A program made the position numbers and the translations under genes. A DNA stretch of 64,000 nucleotides, taken from the UHGV virus genome UHGV-0027388, one strand, 5' to 3'. Below are positions 1-7,832 of this stretch, in pieces. Below the pieces are notes generated by a model. That model made no database searches. It was not told the origin of the DNA and was given only the letters and a program-made list of their open reading frames with translations. Within the stretch, counting starts at the first letter, position 1. Every line of letters begins with the position of its first letter. The DNA is from a virus.

Positions 1-581
1 TGCTGTTCTGCGGTCTCCTCGATAAATTTCCGGCCATTGATCCGCTCACAGGTTTCTTTTTCCCGGGCGGCAAGCTCGGCGGCGTGTTCCTCGGCGATCC
101 GCGCAGTTTCGGCGGCGTTGTTCATGGCCTCGACGGCTTCCAGGTCGGAGGCGGTCGGCTGTCCCTTCGGCAGGGTCTCCAGCTCGGCGCGGTATTTCTC
201 CAGATTTTCACGGCGGCGGGCGATCTCCGTTTTATAGCCGTCTGCAAACGGCCCGCGCAAAGTGGCGTATTTTTCTAGCGTGGGAATATACTTTTCAGCG
301 CTGCGGATTGCGCTTTTCAGCGCTGCCGCCCGCACGAATTTATAAAGCGGGTGCGACGGGGTGACGGTTGCGCGGTCGCTGTCGTAATAGTCCGTGTAAA
401 CGTCCGTGTTATTGGACACCGCGAACACGTCACCGGGCAAATTATCATAATCCCGCGCGGAAATGCTAACTTCCTCGCGGCCCTCTGCGTTGTTGTCCAG
501 GCTGTAAAATACCCGGATCAGCTTCTTTTCTCCGTTGACGCGCAGACCGTTGTAATAAAATTTAATGGATGTCGTTTTCAT
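1..581 (-). CDS. hypothetical protein, 5' part only (gene continues beyond the window start); phage/plasmid-like
   Basis: Minus-strand ORF with ATG at 581-579 running off the window start (MKTTSIKFYYNGLRVNGEKK...). It is not in the ORF table because no stop lies inside the window. Weak RBS (GGGGA). Confidence 0.45.
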   Translation of the reverse strand, partial: MKTTSIKFYYNGLRVNGEKKLIRVFYSLDNNAEGREEVSISARDYDNLPGDVFAVSNNTDVYTDYYDSDRATVTPSHPLYKFVRAAALKSAIRSAEKYIPTLEKYATLRGPFADGYKTEIARRRENLEKYRAELETLPKGQPTASDLEAVEAMNNAAETARIAEEHAAELAAREKETCERINGRKFIEETAEQ

Positions 582-667
582 GATGTTTTCCCCTTTCAAT
601 TTTTTGGCCTGCCATCATCAGCGCTGCGCGGCCATTCACAGCGGACGCCCTCGCGGGCGTTTCGGCG

Positions 668-952
668 TTATATCGCTTGCAGGTTGATCCCCTTTTCCCG
701 CATTGCCTCGCGGGTGGATCGTCTGAGGGTGTCGCGCCAATCCTCAGCCCAGCAAATAACGCTGTTTTGCACCCAAAACGGGACGCGGAGCCGGTCGAGC
801 TGAGAAAAAACAAGCTCTAGCGTTTTGCGGACCCGTTCCAGGTTCCCGACGTCCTCCGGTGCCCGTTCTTTTGTCGCGGCCTGTTCTGCGATCCAGTATT
901 TAAGGCCTTCGAGGGCGTTCGTTTGTTCGCGGTTGGCTGTAAATTGCAACAT
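668..952 (-). CDS. hypothetical protein (94 aa)
   Basis: ORF-table entry. RBS AAGGAGAA lies upstream of the ATG on the minus strand. Confidence 0.5.
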   Translation of the reverse strand: MLQFTANREQTNALEGLKYWIAEQAATKERAPEDVGNLERVRKTLELVFSQLDRLRVPFWVQNSVICWAEDWRDTLRRSTREAMREKGINLQAI

Positions 953-1036
953 TTCTTTTATTCTCCTTCATTTTTTGTTTTTTGGGGCGGGGTTGCTTTA
1001 CGGTGCAGCCCCGCGAAAGTGTCCGCCTCGGTCGTT

Positions 1037-1342
1037 TTAGTTTTCCTCCAGGCTTGCCCGGTGTGCGGCATATGCTGCGCGATCTTCCACGGCCTCCGCG
1101 ATCCTGTCGGCGATCTCCTGCGCGGTCATGCTGTCGTAGGCGTCACACACCGCAAAAATAGCGGGGTCGTCAAATGCGACATAATCGCCATCGGTTAGCG
1201 GGCCGGATGCCCAAGCCTCGCCGGTGTCGCTGTCAAAATTGATCTGCATATGCAGATTATAGCGGCGGCTTCTGTTTTCTGTGGCTTTCGCGGCCTTTTC
1301 CAGACTGTTGATGTTCAGCCCGCGCATATTAACTTTTTTCAT
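1037..1342 (-). CDS. hypothetical protein (101 aa)
   Basis: ORF-table entry. RBS AAGGAGGAAAACAAA directly upstream of the ATG. Confidence 0.55.
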   Translation of the reverse strand: MKKVNMRGLNINSLEKAAKATENRSRRYNLHMQINFDSDTGEAWASGPLTDGDYVAFDDPAIFAVCDAYDSMTAQEIADRIAEAVEDRAAYAAHRASLEEN

Positions 1343-1384
1343 TTTGTTTTCCTCCTTGTTTTTGATGCTTGCAGATACTTGGAT

Positions 1385-1555
1385 TTAATACGCGCCGACG
1401 GCGACGGAATAAACGATGATTCCGGCGGCCTCCATTTTTCCGGCTTCGGCGGCTGCAATCCGCTCCGCCTCTTCGCGGCTTTCCGCGGTCCAGTCGGTAA
1501 AGCCCTTTTGGCCTGGCTTCCCGTTGTCGTGCTCGATCACTGCATAATATTTCAT
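1385..1555 (-). CDS. hypothetical small protein (56 aa; internal start of ORF 1385..1639)
   Basis: An internal ATG (MKYYAVIEHDNGKPG...) is preceded by a perfect AAGGAGGAAAACAAAATG RBS. The longer ORF start has no RBS. Confidence 0.45.
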   Translation of the reverse strand: MKYYAVIEHDNGKPGQKGFTDWTAESREEAERIAAAEAGKMEAAGIIVYSVAVGAY

Positions 1556-1595
1556 TTTGTTTTCCTCCTTGACTTTTCCGGTGCCCTGTGATACC

Positions 1596-1799
1596 TTATA
1601 GGGGTACACAACATACGACATCAATATAGATGATTTCATAATTCAGGCCGTTCATGTCGCATCTGGTCAGCTTTTCGCCGATGTAAAACCCGTTTCTAAA
1701 GCATGGCGTTACGTGGTAGCGGTAAAAGCGCCCGACATACTCGCCATTATCAGACTCGCGGACACGCTCCATCATTTCCAGCGCTTTCTTTTTCGTCAT
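1596..1799 (-). CDS. hypothetical small Cys-containing protein (67 aa)
   Basis: ORF-table entry. RBS AAGGAGGTTTTTAA upstream of the ATG. Confidence 0.45.
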   Translation of the reverse strand: MTKKKALEMMERVRESDNGEYVGRFYRYHVTPCFRNGFYIGEKLTRCDMNGLNYEIIYIDVVCCVPL

Positions 1800-2105
1800 T
1801 TTAAAAACCTCCTTGACTTTTTTGATTACAGGAGTTAATATATAAAATGCCCCTGTAAAATTGATTTGGTTGGTTACTAGTTAATTTTTCGGGCTTGCGC
1901 CTCAGATGCTGCTACATCTGGGGCGCTCTTTCTTTTACTTTTTCAGCTTCTCCCAAATCAGCCGGAACAACCAGCGGAAAAGGAAGAACAGAACCAGGAA
2001 AAGAACGATCAAAAACAGATTTTTCATTTTTACCCATTGACAAGGGCGGGAAACTGTTTTATATTCCAGGTGTGGAGGGCTGTAACCTCCACACCCGCCG
2101 GAAGA

Positions 2106-2243
2106 TTATCCGAGTAGTTTAGAAACCGCCCAGACGATCAGCCCGGAAACAACGCCGGAAACGGTGCTAATAATAAGTTCTTTCACCGTTTCGCGCCGCG
2201 CCGCTGGATTTTTCCGGCGGCGTTTCCTTTTGCCCTTCTCCAA
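2106..2243 (-). CDS. candidate small basic/hydrophobic peptide (about 45 aa, TTG start)
   Basis: AGGAGG RBS sits 8 nt before a TTG. The peptide has an Arg/Lys-rich N-terminus followed by a single predicted TM segment (LEKGKRKRRRKNPAARRETVKELIISTVSGVVSGLIVWAVSKLLG). It is below the ORF-table size cutoff. Confidence 0.3.
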   Translation of the reverse strand: MEKGKRKRRRKNPAARRETVKELIISTVSGVVSGLIVWAVSKLLG

Positions 2244-2626
2244 TGGGCTAACCTCCTTTCATGCGGTGGGCTTTTCGCCCTCCTTGATTGTCTATATTTT
2301 ACCATAACAGCGCCGCAAACGATACCGGCAGAATAGCTAATGTATTTAACTGTATTTGTGTAATATTATAATCACTTTCTAAGCACATAAATGGCATTAT
2401 TAAACGCATTTGATCTATTTTAGTAATTATATTTATTAAAATAACTGCGATAAAACGCAGAAAAAATCTTTTTATATTTTCCAGGCGATTACATTTTTGG
2501 CGGCTGATTTCTGCCAGTTCCGGCAGTTCCGGCAATCGCCGAGCAGATCCGCGCCATCTGGGACAGCCACGCAGCCGGAGCCATTGACCACCACCAGCGC
2601 AAGCAGTAGCAAGCCTTTATATATAA

Positions 2627-3062
2627 TAATAAATTCTTACTGACTATATATATTATTATAATATTATAAATTAAATATATAAATATAAGGGCATGGCAGG
2701 AGGCAACGCGCCAGGAACCCGCCCCGACTGCCTGCACCCGCAACCGGGAAGCCAAAGCAAGACACCGCCGCCGCAAACCGCCAGGACAAAGACACCGCAC
2801 CGCCGCCCGGAAGGCCGCGAAGGGCCAGAGATCAGCCCGCACGGCATCAGCTGACACGCCGCAAAGGTCCGCGCATCTTCCAGCACGCCCGCGCCCGTCA
2901 TTTTCTGCGCTGCACCACCGCCAAAGCAAGCCCGCCGCCGCGCCGCGCTTTATTGCCTTACTAGTATATATGATATAATATAATATATATATATATATAA
3001 TAAATAATAATAAAATAAATAGATAAATAATAAATAGATAATAGATAGATAAAAGATAAAAG
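2627..3062. repeat. low-complexity region: two AT-only microsatellite-like islands ((TA)n, (ATAA/ATAG)n at 2627-2690 and 2950-3062) bracketing a 260-bp T-depleted CA-rich segment
   Basis: Direct reading of the sequence. Runs such as tatatatatatata and ataaataataaatagataaataataaatagataatagatagataaaag. The intervening + strand has almost no T. Confidence 0.8.
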
Positions 3063-3425
3063 CGCAAGTAAAAGCCAGCGCAGACCAGGACAGCCCGCAG
3101 CACCTGCACCGGACACCAGCGCAGAGCCGCGACCGGAAGAGCAGCGGAAACAATCACCCGGCCGCCGTTGTTCACGGTTAAAATTTACAATAATATTTTC
3201 TGACCAATCCGACAGCCAAACCAGCCGAAAAAGCCGCAAACCATTGCGCCGCAAGGCGTTTTACAATAATAGTCCATTAGCACAACACGGACACCCCCCC
3301 ACTTTACAGTCAGCGCCGCGCCTCTTGCGGCTACGCCGCATTAGCTGTTCCCCCTCAATCCACGTTCCGTTCCCCCTTCCCACCACGAACAGAAGCCGTT
3401 AAAATTACACTCAGGAGGTGTAAGC

Positions 3426-4571
3426 ATGGTTTACTTTGACAATGCGGCCACTACAAAGCCCACTGTAGCTGTTTTAAATACGATGACGAATATTTACCTT
3501 CATTCGTGGGAAAACCCGTCAGCGCTTTACACAGGCGCTCAGAACGCATATCAGCTTCTAGAGCATTACAGGGGAAGGATAGCGCATATGCTTCATTGCG
3601 AAGATGGGGAAGTTTATTTCACGTCTGGGGGGACGGAATCTGACAACTGGGCGATTAAATCTCTAGCTGCTCTTGGGGAGAAGTCGGGGAAGAAGCACGC
3701 TGTCTCCACTGCGATAGAGCACCACGCGGTTTTAAATGCGCTGTACGCCCTCGAACTATCCGGATGGGAAATTACATACCTCACCCCCTCAAAACTCGGT
3801 GTAGTCGATCCTGTGGCGCTAGGAAAGGCATTACGGCCTGATACTGCATTTGTATCTGTCATGTATGCCAACAATGAGACGGGTGCTGTGCAGCCAATCA
3901 GGGAGATTGGAGTCATATGCCGGGAGCGCAACATTCCGTTCCATGTAGACGCTGTTCAGGCTGTAGGGCACATACCTGTAGACATGGAATCGGACAACAT
4001 AGACCTGCTCAGTCTGTCTGCTCACAAGTTCAAAGGTCCGCTGGGAGTTGGGGCTTTGGCTGTGAAGGACAACATTCAGCTTCCTCCGTTCATTGTTGGA
4101 GGGGCGCAGGAGCGCAATATGCGGGCGGGGACTGAGAACCTTCCGGGGGTAGCCGGGATGGAACGCGCACTCTCTGACTGCCGCTCCAATTTGCAAGAAA
4201 CAATTCACGAAGTTGCAAATCTGCGTCGAGAGCTGATTACGCAGATTGAGAAAAGAATACCTGGTGCGAACTGGGTACAGACTTCTTCCAACTGCCTTCC
4301 TGGAATCGCCAGTTTTGTCATTGAGGGCGTAGAGAGTATGCCGCTCATTCTGAGATTAAGCGGGGAAGGGGTGTGTGCTTCGGCTGGTTCCGCCTGTAAC
4401 TCAGGTTCCCTTGATCCATCCCACGTCCTGCTGGCAATGGGGTATGACCGTGAGTTAGCGCATGGGGCCGTCAGATTCAGCCTGAGCGAAGATAACACTC
4501 TTGACGAAGTTCTATATACCGTTGATAAATTGTCCTCTATCGTCTCTGATTTGCGTGAAATGATGTGTTGA
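3426..4571 (+). CDS. cysteine desulfurase (class V aminotransferase, NifS/IscS type)
   Basis: 381 aa. The PLP-lysine motif SAHKFKGPLGVGAL and the active-site Cys loop GSACNSG are present. RBS AGGAGGTG upstream. Confidence 0.9.
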   Translation: MVYFDNAATTKPTVAVLNTMTNIYLHSWENPSALYTGAQNAYQLLEHYRGRIAHMLHCEDGEVYFTSGGTESDNWAIKSLAALGEKSGKKHAVSTAIEHHAVLNALYALELSGWEITYLTPSKLGVVDPVALGKALRPDTAFVSVMYANNETGAVQPIREIGVICRERNIPFHVDAVQAVGHIPVDMESDNIDLLSLSAHKFKGPLGVGALAVKDNIQLPPFIVGGAQERNMRAGTENLPGVAGMERALSDCRSNLQETIHEVANLRRELITQIEKRIPGANWVQTSSNCLPGIASFVIEGVESMPLILRLSGEGVCASAGSACNSGSLDPSHVLLAMGYDRELAHGAVRFSLSEDNTLDEVLYTVDKLSSIVSDLREMMC

Positions 4572-4596
4572 CAAACTGTTGATATAGCCTTATAAT
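4568..4596 (+). promoter_or_regulatory. consensus sigma-A promoter (TTGACA-N17-TATAAT)
   Basis: Perfect -35 TTGACA at 4568-4573 and -10 TATAAT at 4591-4596 with a 17-nt spacer. No ORF follows. Confidence 0.7.
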
Positions 4597-4602
4597 TTAG
4601 TT

Positions 4603-4797
4603 GCATTACGGAGGATTGCCTATCCTCTCTGATGTTTTGAGCGGTGCATCTGATTCTGCAAATAGATGTTCGATAAACCCTGGGTGGACTCCCCGCCACC
4701 ACGGCCAAACCGCTCTTATCTGAAACCTGCGCTTCTCCCACAAGCCCGGTTTCATGAAGAAGCACCGATGCTGGATCGCACCGGTGCTTCTTTTTTT
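4603..4797 (+). ncRNA. candidate about 190-nt small RNA of unknown class (promoter to intrinsic terminator, no credible ORF)
   Basis: Bounded by the consensus promoter and a strong terminator. Internal hairpins are present (GGTGG-actccccg-CCACC; AAACCG...CGGTTT). The only ORF runs through the terminator. Confidence 0.4.
4759..4797 (+). terminator. rho-independent terminator
   Basis: 9-bp stem GAAGCACCG/CGGTGCTTC with a 13-nt loop, followed by T7. Confidence 0.75.
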
Positions 4798-4903
4798 GTT
4801 TTTCACTTCCGGCAAAAAAAAACTGCAACTCATTTTCTACACGGTTAGGATTTTACCGTTCCGTAAAAAACGAATTGCAGCAGCAGGATAAAATAAAAAA
4901 CTA

Positions 4904-4932
4904 TTGACTTTCTGCTAGGCAGATGTTATATT
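4904..4932 (+). promoter_or_regulatory. promoter TTGACT-N17-TATATT with a CTAGGC/GCCTAG palindrome around -10
   Basis: Direct reading. The inverted repeat ctaggcagatgttatattatgcctag overlaps the -10. Confidence 0.55.
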
Positions 4933-4962
4933 ATGCCTAGGCGAAAAACTGGAGGTGATTCA

Positions 4963-5145
4963 ATGTCGCCTAAAATGGGACGGCCTATCATGGGAGATGA
5001 GCCAAAGAACAAGCAGATTGCAATGCGAGTAGCGCAAAGCACGGCCGATAAGTTTCAAAAATGCTCTGAACTTTCAGGAAAACCAAAGGTCACTCTGTTT
5101 GAAGACATGGTTAACAGCCTATATGAAAAGCTGACGCAAAAATAA
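4963..5145 (+). CDS. ribbon-helix-helix (CopG/Arc-like) DNA-binding protein (60 aa)
   Basis: RBS GGAGGTG upstream. Starts MSPKMGRPIMGDE..., with a beta strand then two helices. It is paralogous to the MSQNMGRP... RHH at 7473-7649 and sits upstream of small acidic family gene A. Confidence 0.6.
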   Translation: MSPKMGRPIMGDEPKNKQIAMRVAQSTADKFQKCSELSGKPKVTLFEDMVNSLYEKLTQK

Positions 5146-5268
5146 AAATCTCTGCGCTGTTACTTCTTGACGGTCGTACAGCACAGAGATTCGCCAAAGA
5201 GGTTACTCATTGGTAAATCTATTATACCATGCGGTTTGGCCTCTTACAAGTAGAAATGAGGTTTTACT

Positions 5269-5544
5269 ATGACTATCCGTAAAAGCATGAAAGAATTCCA
5301 TAATGACCACTGCGACAACATCTACTGGCTGACGTTCTGCGGCGAGAAAATGTCCGAGCTGATGCGGGACAGCAAGTACGGAGACCGGGCGGCAAAGCCG
5401 GATGACATCGACGATACCGAGATCATGGGAGCGTGGTTCAACTGGGCATTCTCATTTATCGGCGATGAGATTATGAAAGTTGAGGAAAACGTTGATTACC
5501 TGCCGGACGTTCAGATTGAGGAATCTAGCGATATTGCGGAGTAA
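5269..5544 (+). CDS. small acidic protein, family copy A (motif WFNWAFSFIGDE)
   Basis: 91 aa with about 22 Asp/Glu. Paralogous to 7071-7349, 30131-30409 and 63815-64000. Function unknown. Confidence 0.7.
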   Translation: MTIRKSMKEFHNDHCDNIYWLTFCGEKMSELMRDSKYGDRAAKPDDIDDTEIMGAWFNWAFSFIGDEIMKVEENVDYLPDVQIEESSDIAE

Positions 5545-5581
5545 AGTAATAACCCCCTCGATTTCGAGGGGGTTATTACTT
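5545..5581. terminator. bidirectional hairpin terminator between gene A and the 3' end of the tRNA operon
   Basis: agtaataaccccctcg-atttc-gagggggttattact: an 11-bp GC-rich stem flanked by T/A runs. Confidence 0.7.
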
Positions 5582-5656
5582 TGGCAGCGATGGCTGGATT
5601 CAAACCAGCGATGGAGGAGTCAAAGTCCCCTGCCTTAATCACTTGGCTACACCGCT
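5582..5656 (-). tRNA. tRNA-Gln (TTG)
   Basis: The reverse complement folds as a cloverleaf. Acceptor stem AGCGGTG pairs with CATCGCT. Anticodon loop CTTTGAC, T-loop TTTGAAT, encoded CCA. Closely resembles the Firmicute tRNA-Gln pattern. Confidence 0.75.
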
Positions 5657-5846
5657 AAATAGTATTAGCCGCCTCCCTGGATTCGCAGAAGCGGCTAATA
5701 CGTCTCACTAGAGCTGGACTTCTGGTGATCCACCCAGAAACGCTAATTATGCGCATGAATCAGCTGTCCAGCAAAGGCGGGTCATGGTCATTGCACCCAT
5801 GCGCAACCCTTGTACTTCGAGCTGCCCACTAACGCCCCGCATATGA

Positions 5847-5923
5847 TGGTGGACCTTGTAGGTCTCGAACCTACGACCGTGCGGTTATGAGCCGCGTGCT
5901 CTAACCAACTGAGCTAAAGGTCC
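5847..5923 (-). tRNA. tRNA with CAT anticodon (Met or lysidine-type Ile2; the GGACCTTTAGCTCAGTTGGTTAGAGC body favours Ile2)
   Basis: GGACCTTTAGCTCAGTTGGTTAGAGCACGCGGCTCATAACCGCACGGTCGTAGGTTCGAGACCTACAAGGTCCACCA. Confidence 0.8.
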
Positions 5924-6020
5924 GCATTAAACCGAGAGGGCGCATCTTGGTTATCTGGTTTTCTCCCAGACCATCTTTCAGGCGTGCGCCGGTGAGCATT
6001 TATTCCGCTCCTCTCCCGGT

Positions 6021-6094
6021 TGGAGCACCAAGCGGGAATCGAACCCGCGCAATCAGCTTGGAAGGCTGATGTTCTGCCATTAAACTACTGGTGC
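6021..6094 (-). tRNA. tRNA-Gly (TCC)
   Basis: GCACCAGTAGTTTAATGGCAGAACATCAGCCTTCCAAGCTGATTGCGCGGGTTCGATTCCCGCTTGGTGCTCCA. Anticodon loop CTTCCAA. Confidence 0.8.
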
Positions 6095-6201
6095 AAAATG
6101 CCGCCCGAATTGCACGGTCGCCGCCGGAGGTATGTTAAGCGGAGCATTCCATCTAGGCCGAATGCTTATATATGAAAGGAGATGGTTATGTACGCCATCC
6201 G

Positions 6202-6285
6202 TGGTGCCGCTAGTGGGAGTCGAACCCACACGCACAAAGCACAGGAACCTAAATCCTGCACGTCTGCCAATTCCGTCACAGCGGC
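6202..6285 (-). tRNA. tRNA-Leu (TAG), type II with a long variable arm
   Basis: Acceptor GCCGCTG pairs with TAGCGGC. 3-bp D stem. Anticodon loop TTTAGGT. T-arm GTGGGTTCGACTCCCAC. CCA encoded. Confidence 0.8.
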
Positions 6286-6303
6286 AAGCCTGAGTTGAGT
6301 GTA

Positions 6304-6393
6304 TGGCGGCGCAGGTGGGATTTGAACCCACGCACGGTTTCTCCGTCTAGCGGGTTTCAAATCCGCCCCCTTAAACCACTTGGGTACTACGCC
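6304..6393 (-). tRNA. tRNA-Ser (TGA), type II (31:39 A-C mismatch in the anticodon stem)
   Basis: Acceptor GGCGTAG pairs with CTGCGCC. Anticodon loop TTTGAAA. Variable-arm hairpin ACGG-agaaa-CCGT. T-loop TTCAAAT. CCA encoded. Confidence 0.7.
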
Positions 6394-6394
6394 G

Positions 6395-6470
6395 TGGTCG
6401 AAGTGGTGAGACTCGAACTCACGACCTCCTGAACCCAAATCAGGAGCGCTACCAACTGCGCTACACCTCG
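6395..6470 (-). tRNA. tRNA-Pro (TGG)
   Basis: CGAGGTGTAGCGCAGTTGGTAGCGCTCCTGATTTGGGTTCAGGAGGTCGTGAGTTCGAGTCTCACCACTTCGACCA. Only 1 nt separates it from tRNA-Ser. Confidence 0.8.
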
Positions 6471-6486
6471 ATCTATTATATTTCTT

Positions 6487-6563
6487 TGGCGCTATCGGCA
6501 AGGACTTGAACCTGCATCCTCCTGAGTACGAATCAGGCGCTCTGCCATTAGAGCTACGACAGC
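6487..6563 (-). tRNA. tRNA-Thr (CGT), with a bulged T in the T-stem
   Basis: Acceptor GCTGTCG pairs with CGATAGC. Anticodon loop TTCGTAC. T-arm GCAGG-TTCAAGT-CCTtGC carries one extra nucleotide. Confidence 0.7.
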
Positions 6564-6701
6564 ATATATAGCGCCGCCGGAATTGCACCGTGGCTTTCAG
6601 CGTTCGCCGGGGAACTTCCCCAACTGGCCGAAAGAGCCTCCCACTTAGGCGATGAAGGCTTATAAATACATGAAAGGAGAAAGGGCTATCGACCTGCCCT
6701 A

Positions 6702-6777
6702 TGGAGCTGGTGGACGGACTTGAACCGCCGACCATCGACTTACAAAGACGCCGCTCTACCAACTGAGCTACACCAGC
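6702..6777 (-). tRNA. tRNA-like gene, probably tRNA-Thr (TGT), with an imperfect anticodon stem (possible pseudo-tRNA)
   Basis: Acceptor, D arm (GCTCAGTTGGTAGAGC) and T arm (GGCGGTTCAAGTCCGTC) are canonical, with CCA encoded. The anticodon loop is TTTGTAA. Only 3 of 5 anticodon-stem pairs can form (GCGTC/GTCGA). Confidence 0.55.
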
Positions 6778-6854
6778 AGATCGACCGCCCCGAACCGAAA
6801 GAAACAGAAAAATTCGGAGCGGTCAAATAGGATATGTCCCCCATCCCTGATAAA

Positions 6855-6883
6855 ATTATAGCAACAGGTTTGCGTGGTAGTAA
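6855..6883 (-). promoter_or_regulatory. promoter of the tRNA operon (minus strand TTACTA-N17-TATAAT)
   Basis: The reverse complement of 6855-6883 reads TTACTAccacgcaaacctgttgcTATAAT, about 75 nt upstream of the first tRNA. Confidence 0.6.
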
Positions 6884-6999
6884 CCCCTAAAAAAATTTTC
6901 TTGAAAAGGGCTTGATAAGAACGCAGAGCCTGTTAAACTATAGTTGCGCTTGGACGATAGTCTCATGTTTGCCTTCCTCGCAAGTCTTTATTTCTAAAG

Positions 7000-7045
7000 A
7001 AGAAGCAGCACCCGGTGAAAATTCGGGTGCTGCTTCTTTATGCTT
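7000..7045. terminator. bidirectional rho-independent terminator (13-bp stem)
   Basis: gaagcagcacccg-gtgaaaatt-cgggtgctgcttc with T-rich tracts on both sides. Terminates minus-strand family gene B. Confidence 0.75.
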
Positions 7046-7070
7046 TCTAACCGCGTCGATTTCGACACAG

Positions 7071-7349
7071 TTACTTTTTGTATCGCTTCTGCATTTCCTC
7101 CACGGTGTCCACTGTCTCTTCCAGCTGGATGTCAGGAAGGTACTCTGTGTTTTCTCCCATTTTCACAACTTCATCCTGGATGAACTCGAACGCCCACGCA
7201 AAGTAAGTTCCCGCCACCAATGGGTCAATTTCTTGATCTTTGGGGGCATCCCGGAACAGCTCCGCCATCTTCTGAGCGGATTCTGCCGTGTGAATGATGT
7301 TCTCAAAGTGTTCGTTCTGATAGTCTCTCATGCTCTTACGGATAGTCAT
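7071..7349 (-). CDS. small acidic protein, family copy B (motif YFAWAFEFIQDE)
   Basis: ORF 7071..7355. The likely start is the ATG of MTIRKSM..., preceded by AGAAAGGA. Paralog of 5269-5544, with the same MTIRKSM N-terminus. Confidence 0.7.
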   Translation of the reverse strand: MTIRKSMRDYQNEHFENIIHTAESAQKMAELFRDAPKDQEIDPLVAGTYFAWAFEFIQDEVVKMGENTEYLPDIQLEETVDTVEEMQKRYKK

Positions 7350-7472
7350 ATTCAAAATCCTTTCTTGCGTCAGGCAAGAACTAGTGATATAATAAATTTA
7401 TCATTAGGCCTTGCCTTTTGGTGTGTATAAGGCTTCGTCCCGTGATTGCTAGTCCAGGGGGCGAAGTCTTAT

Positions 7473-7649
7473 TTACTTTTCGGTGGACTGTTCAACAAGG
7501 TCAATTCCCTTTCTGACAATATCGCTCTTGGAGAGATTCAGCTTTTCAGCGCACCGTTCAAGTTTCTTGCGGTATTCTTCGTCAAGCCGAACTCTGAGCA
7601 TCGTGTCTTTAGGGCTGTCGCTCTTTGGACGTCCCATGTTTTGCGACAT
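7473..7649 (-). CDS. ribbon-helix-helix protein (58 aa, MSQNMGRPKSDSPKDTMLRVRLDEEYRKKLERCAEKLNLSKSDIVRKGIDLVEQSTEK)
   Basis: Below the ORF-table cutoff. Minus-strand promoter TTGACT-N17-TATATT overlaps direct/palindromic repeats TTGTAGCTACAA. RBS AGAGGTGA. The conflicting + ORF 7446..7898 spans these promoters and is rejected. Confidence 0.55.
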   Translation of the reverse strand: MSQNMGRPKSDSPKDTMLRVRLDEEYRKKLERCAEKLNLSKSDIVRKGIDLVEQSTEK

Positions 7650-7832
7650 CTAATCACCTCTTTCTGTCGCTACAACAAATATATCATTGTAGCTACAACA
7701 AGTCAAGAGTTTTTTTATTTTTCCTTGTCTGTGGCGGAACCGCATGGTATAATGGATTTACCAGTTGCACCGCTTCTGGGGGATAACCGTAAGCTGTTGG
7801 TCGTCAGCCTTTACCAGCTTGCGGTTATTTTC

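Noticed and set aside
1895-2122. 75-aa plus-strand ORF
   Set aside because: There is no RBS. It is antisense to a better-supported small hydrophobic peptide and lies in an AT-rich promoter-like region.
2489-3175. 228-aa minus-strand ORF from the ORF table
   Set aside because: Its translation is nonsense low-complexity (poly-Ile/Tyr/Leu from AT microsatellites and Ala/Arg/Gly from GC-rich DNA). It spans two simple-sequence islands and has no RBS.
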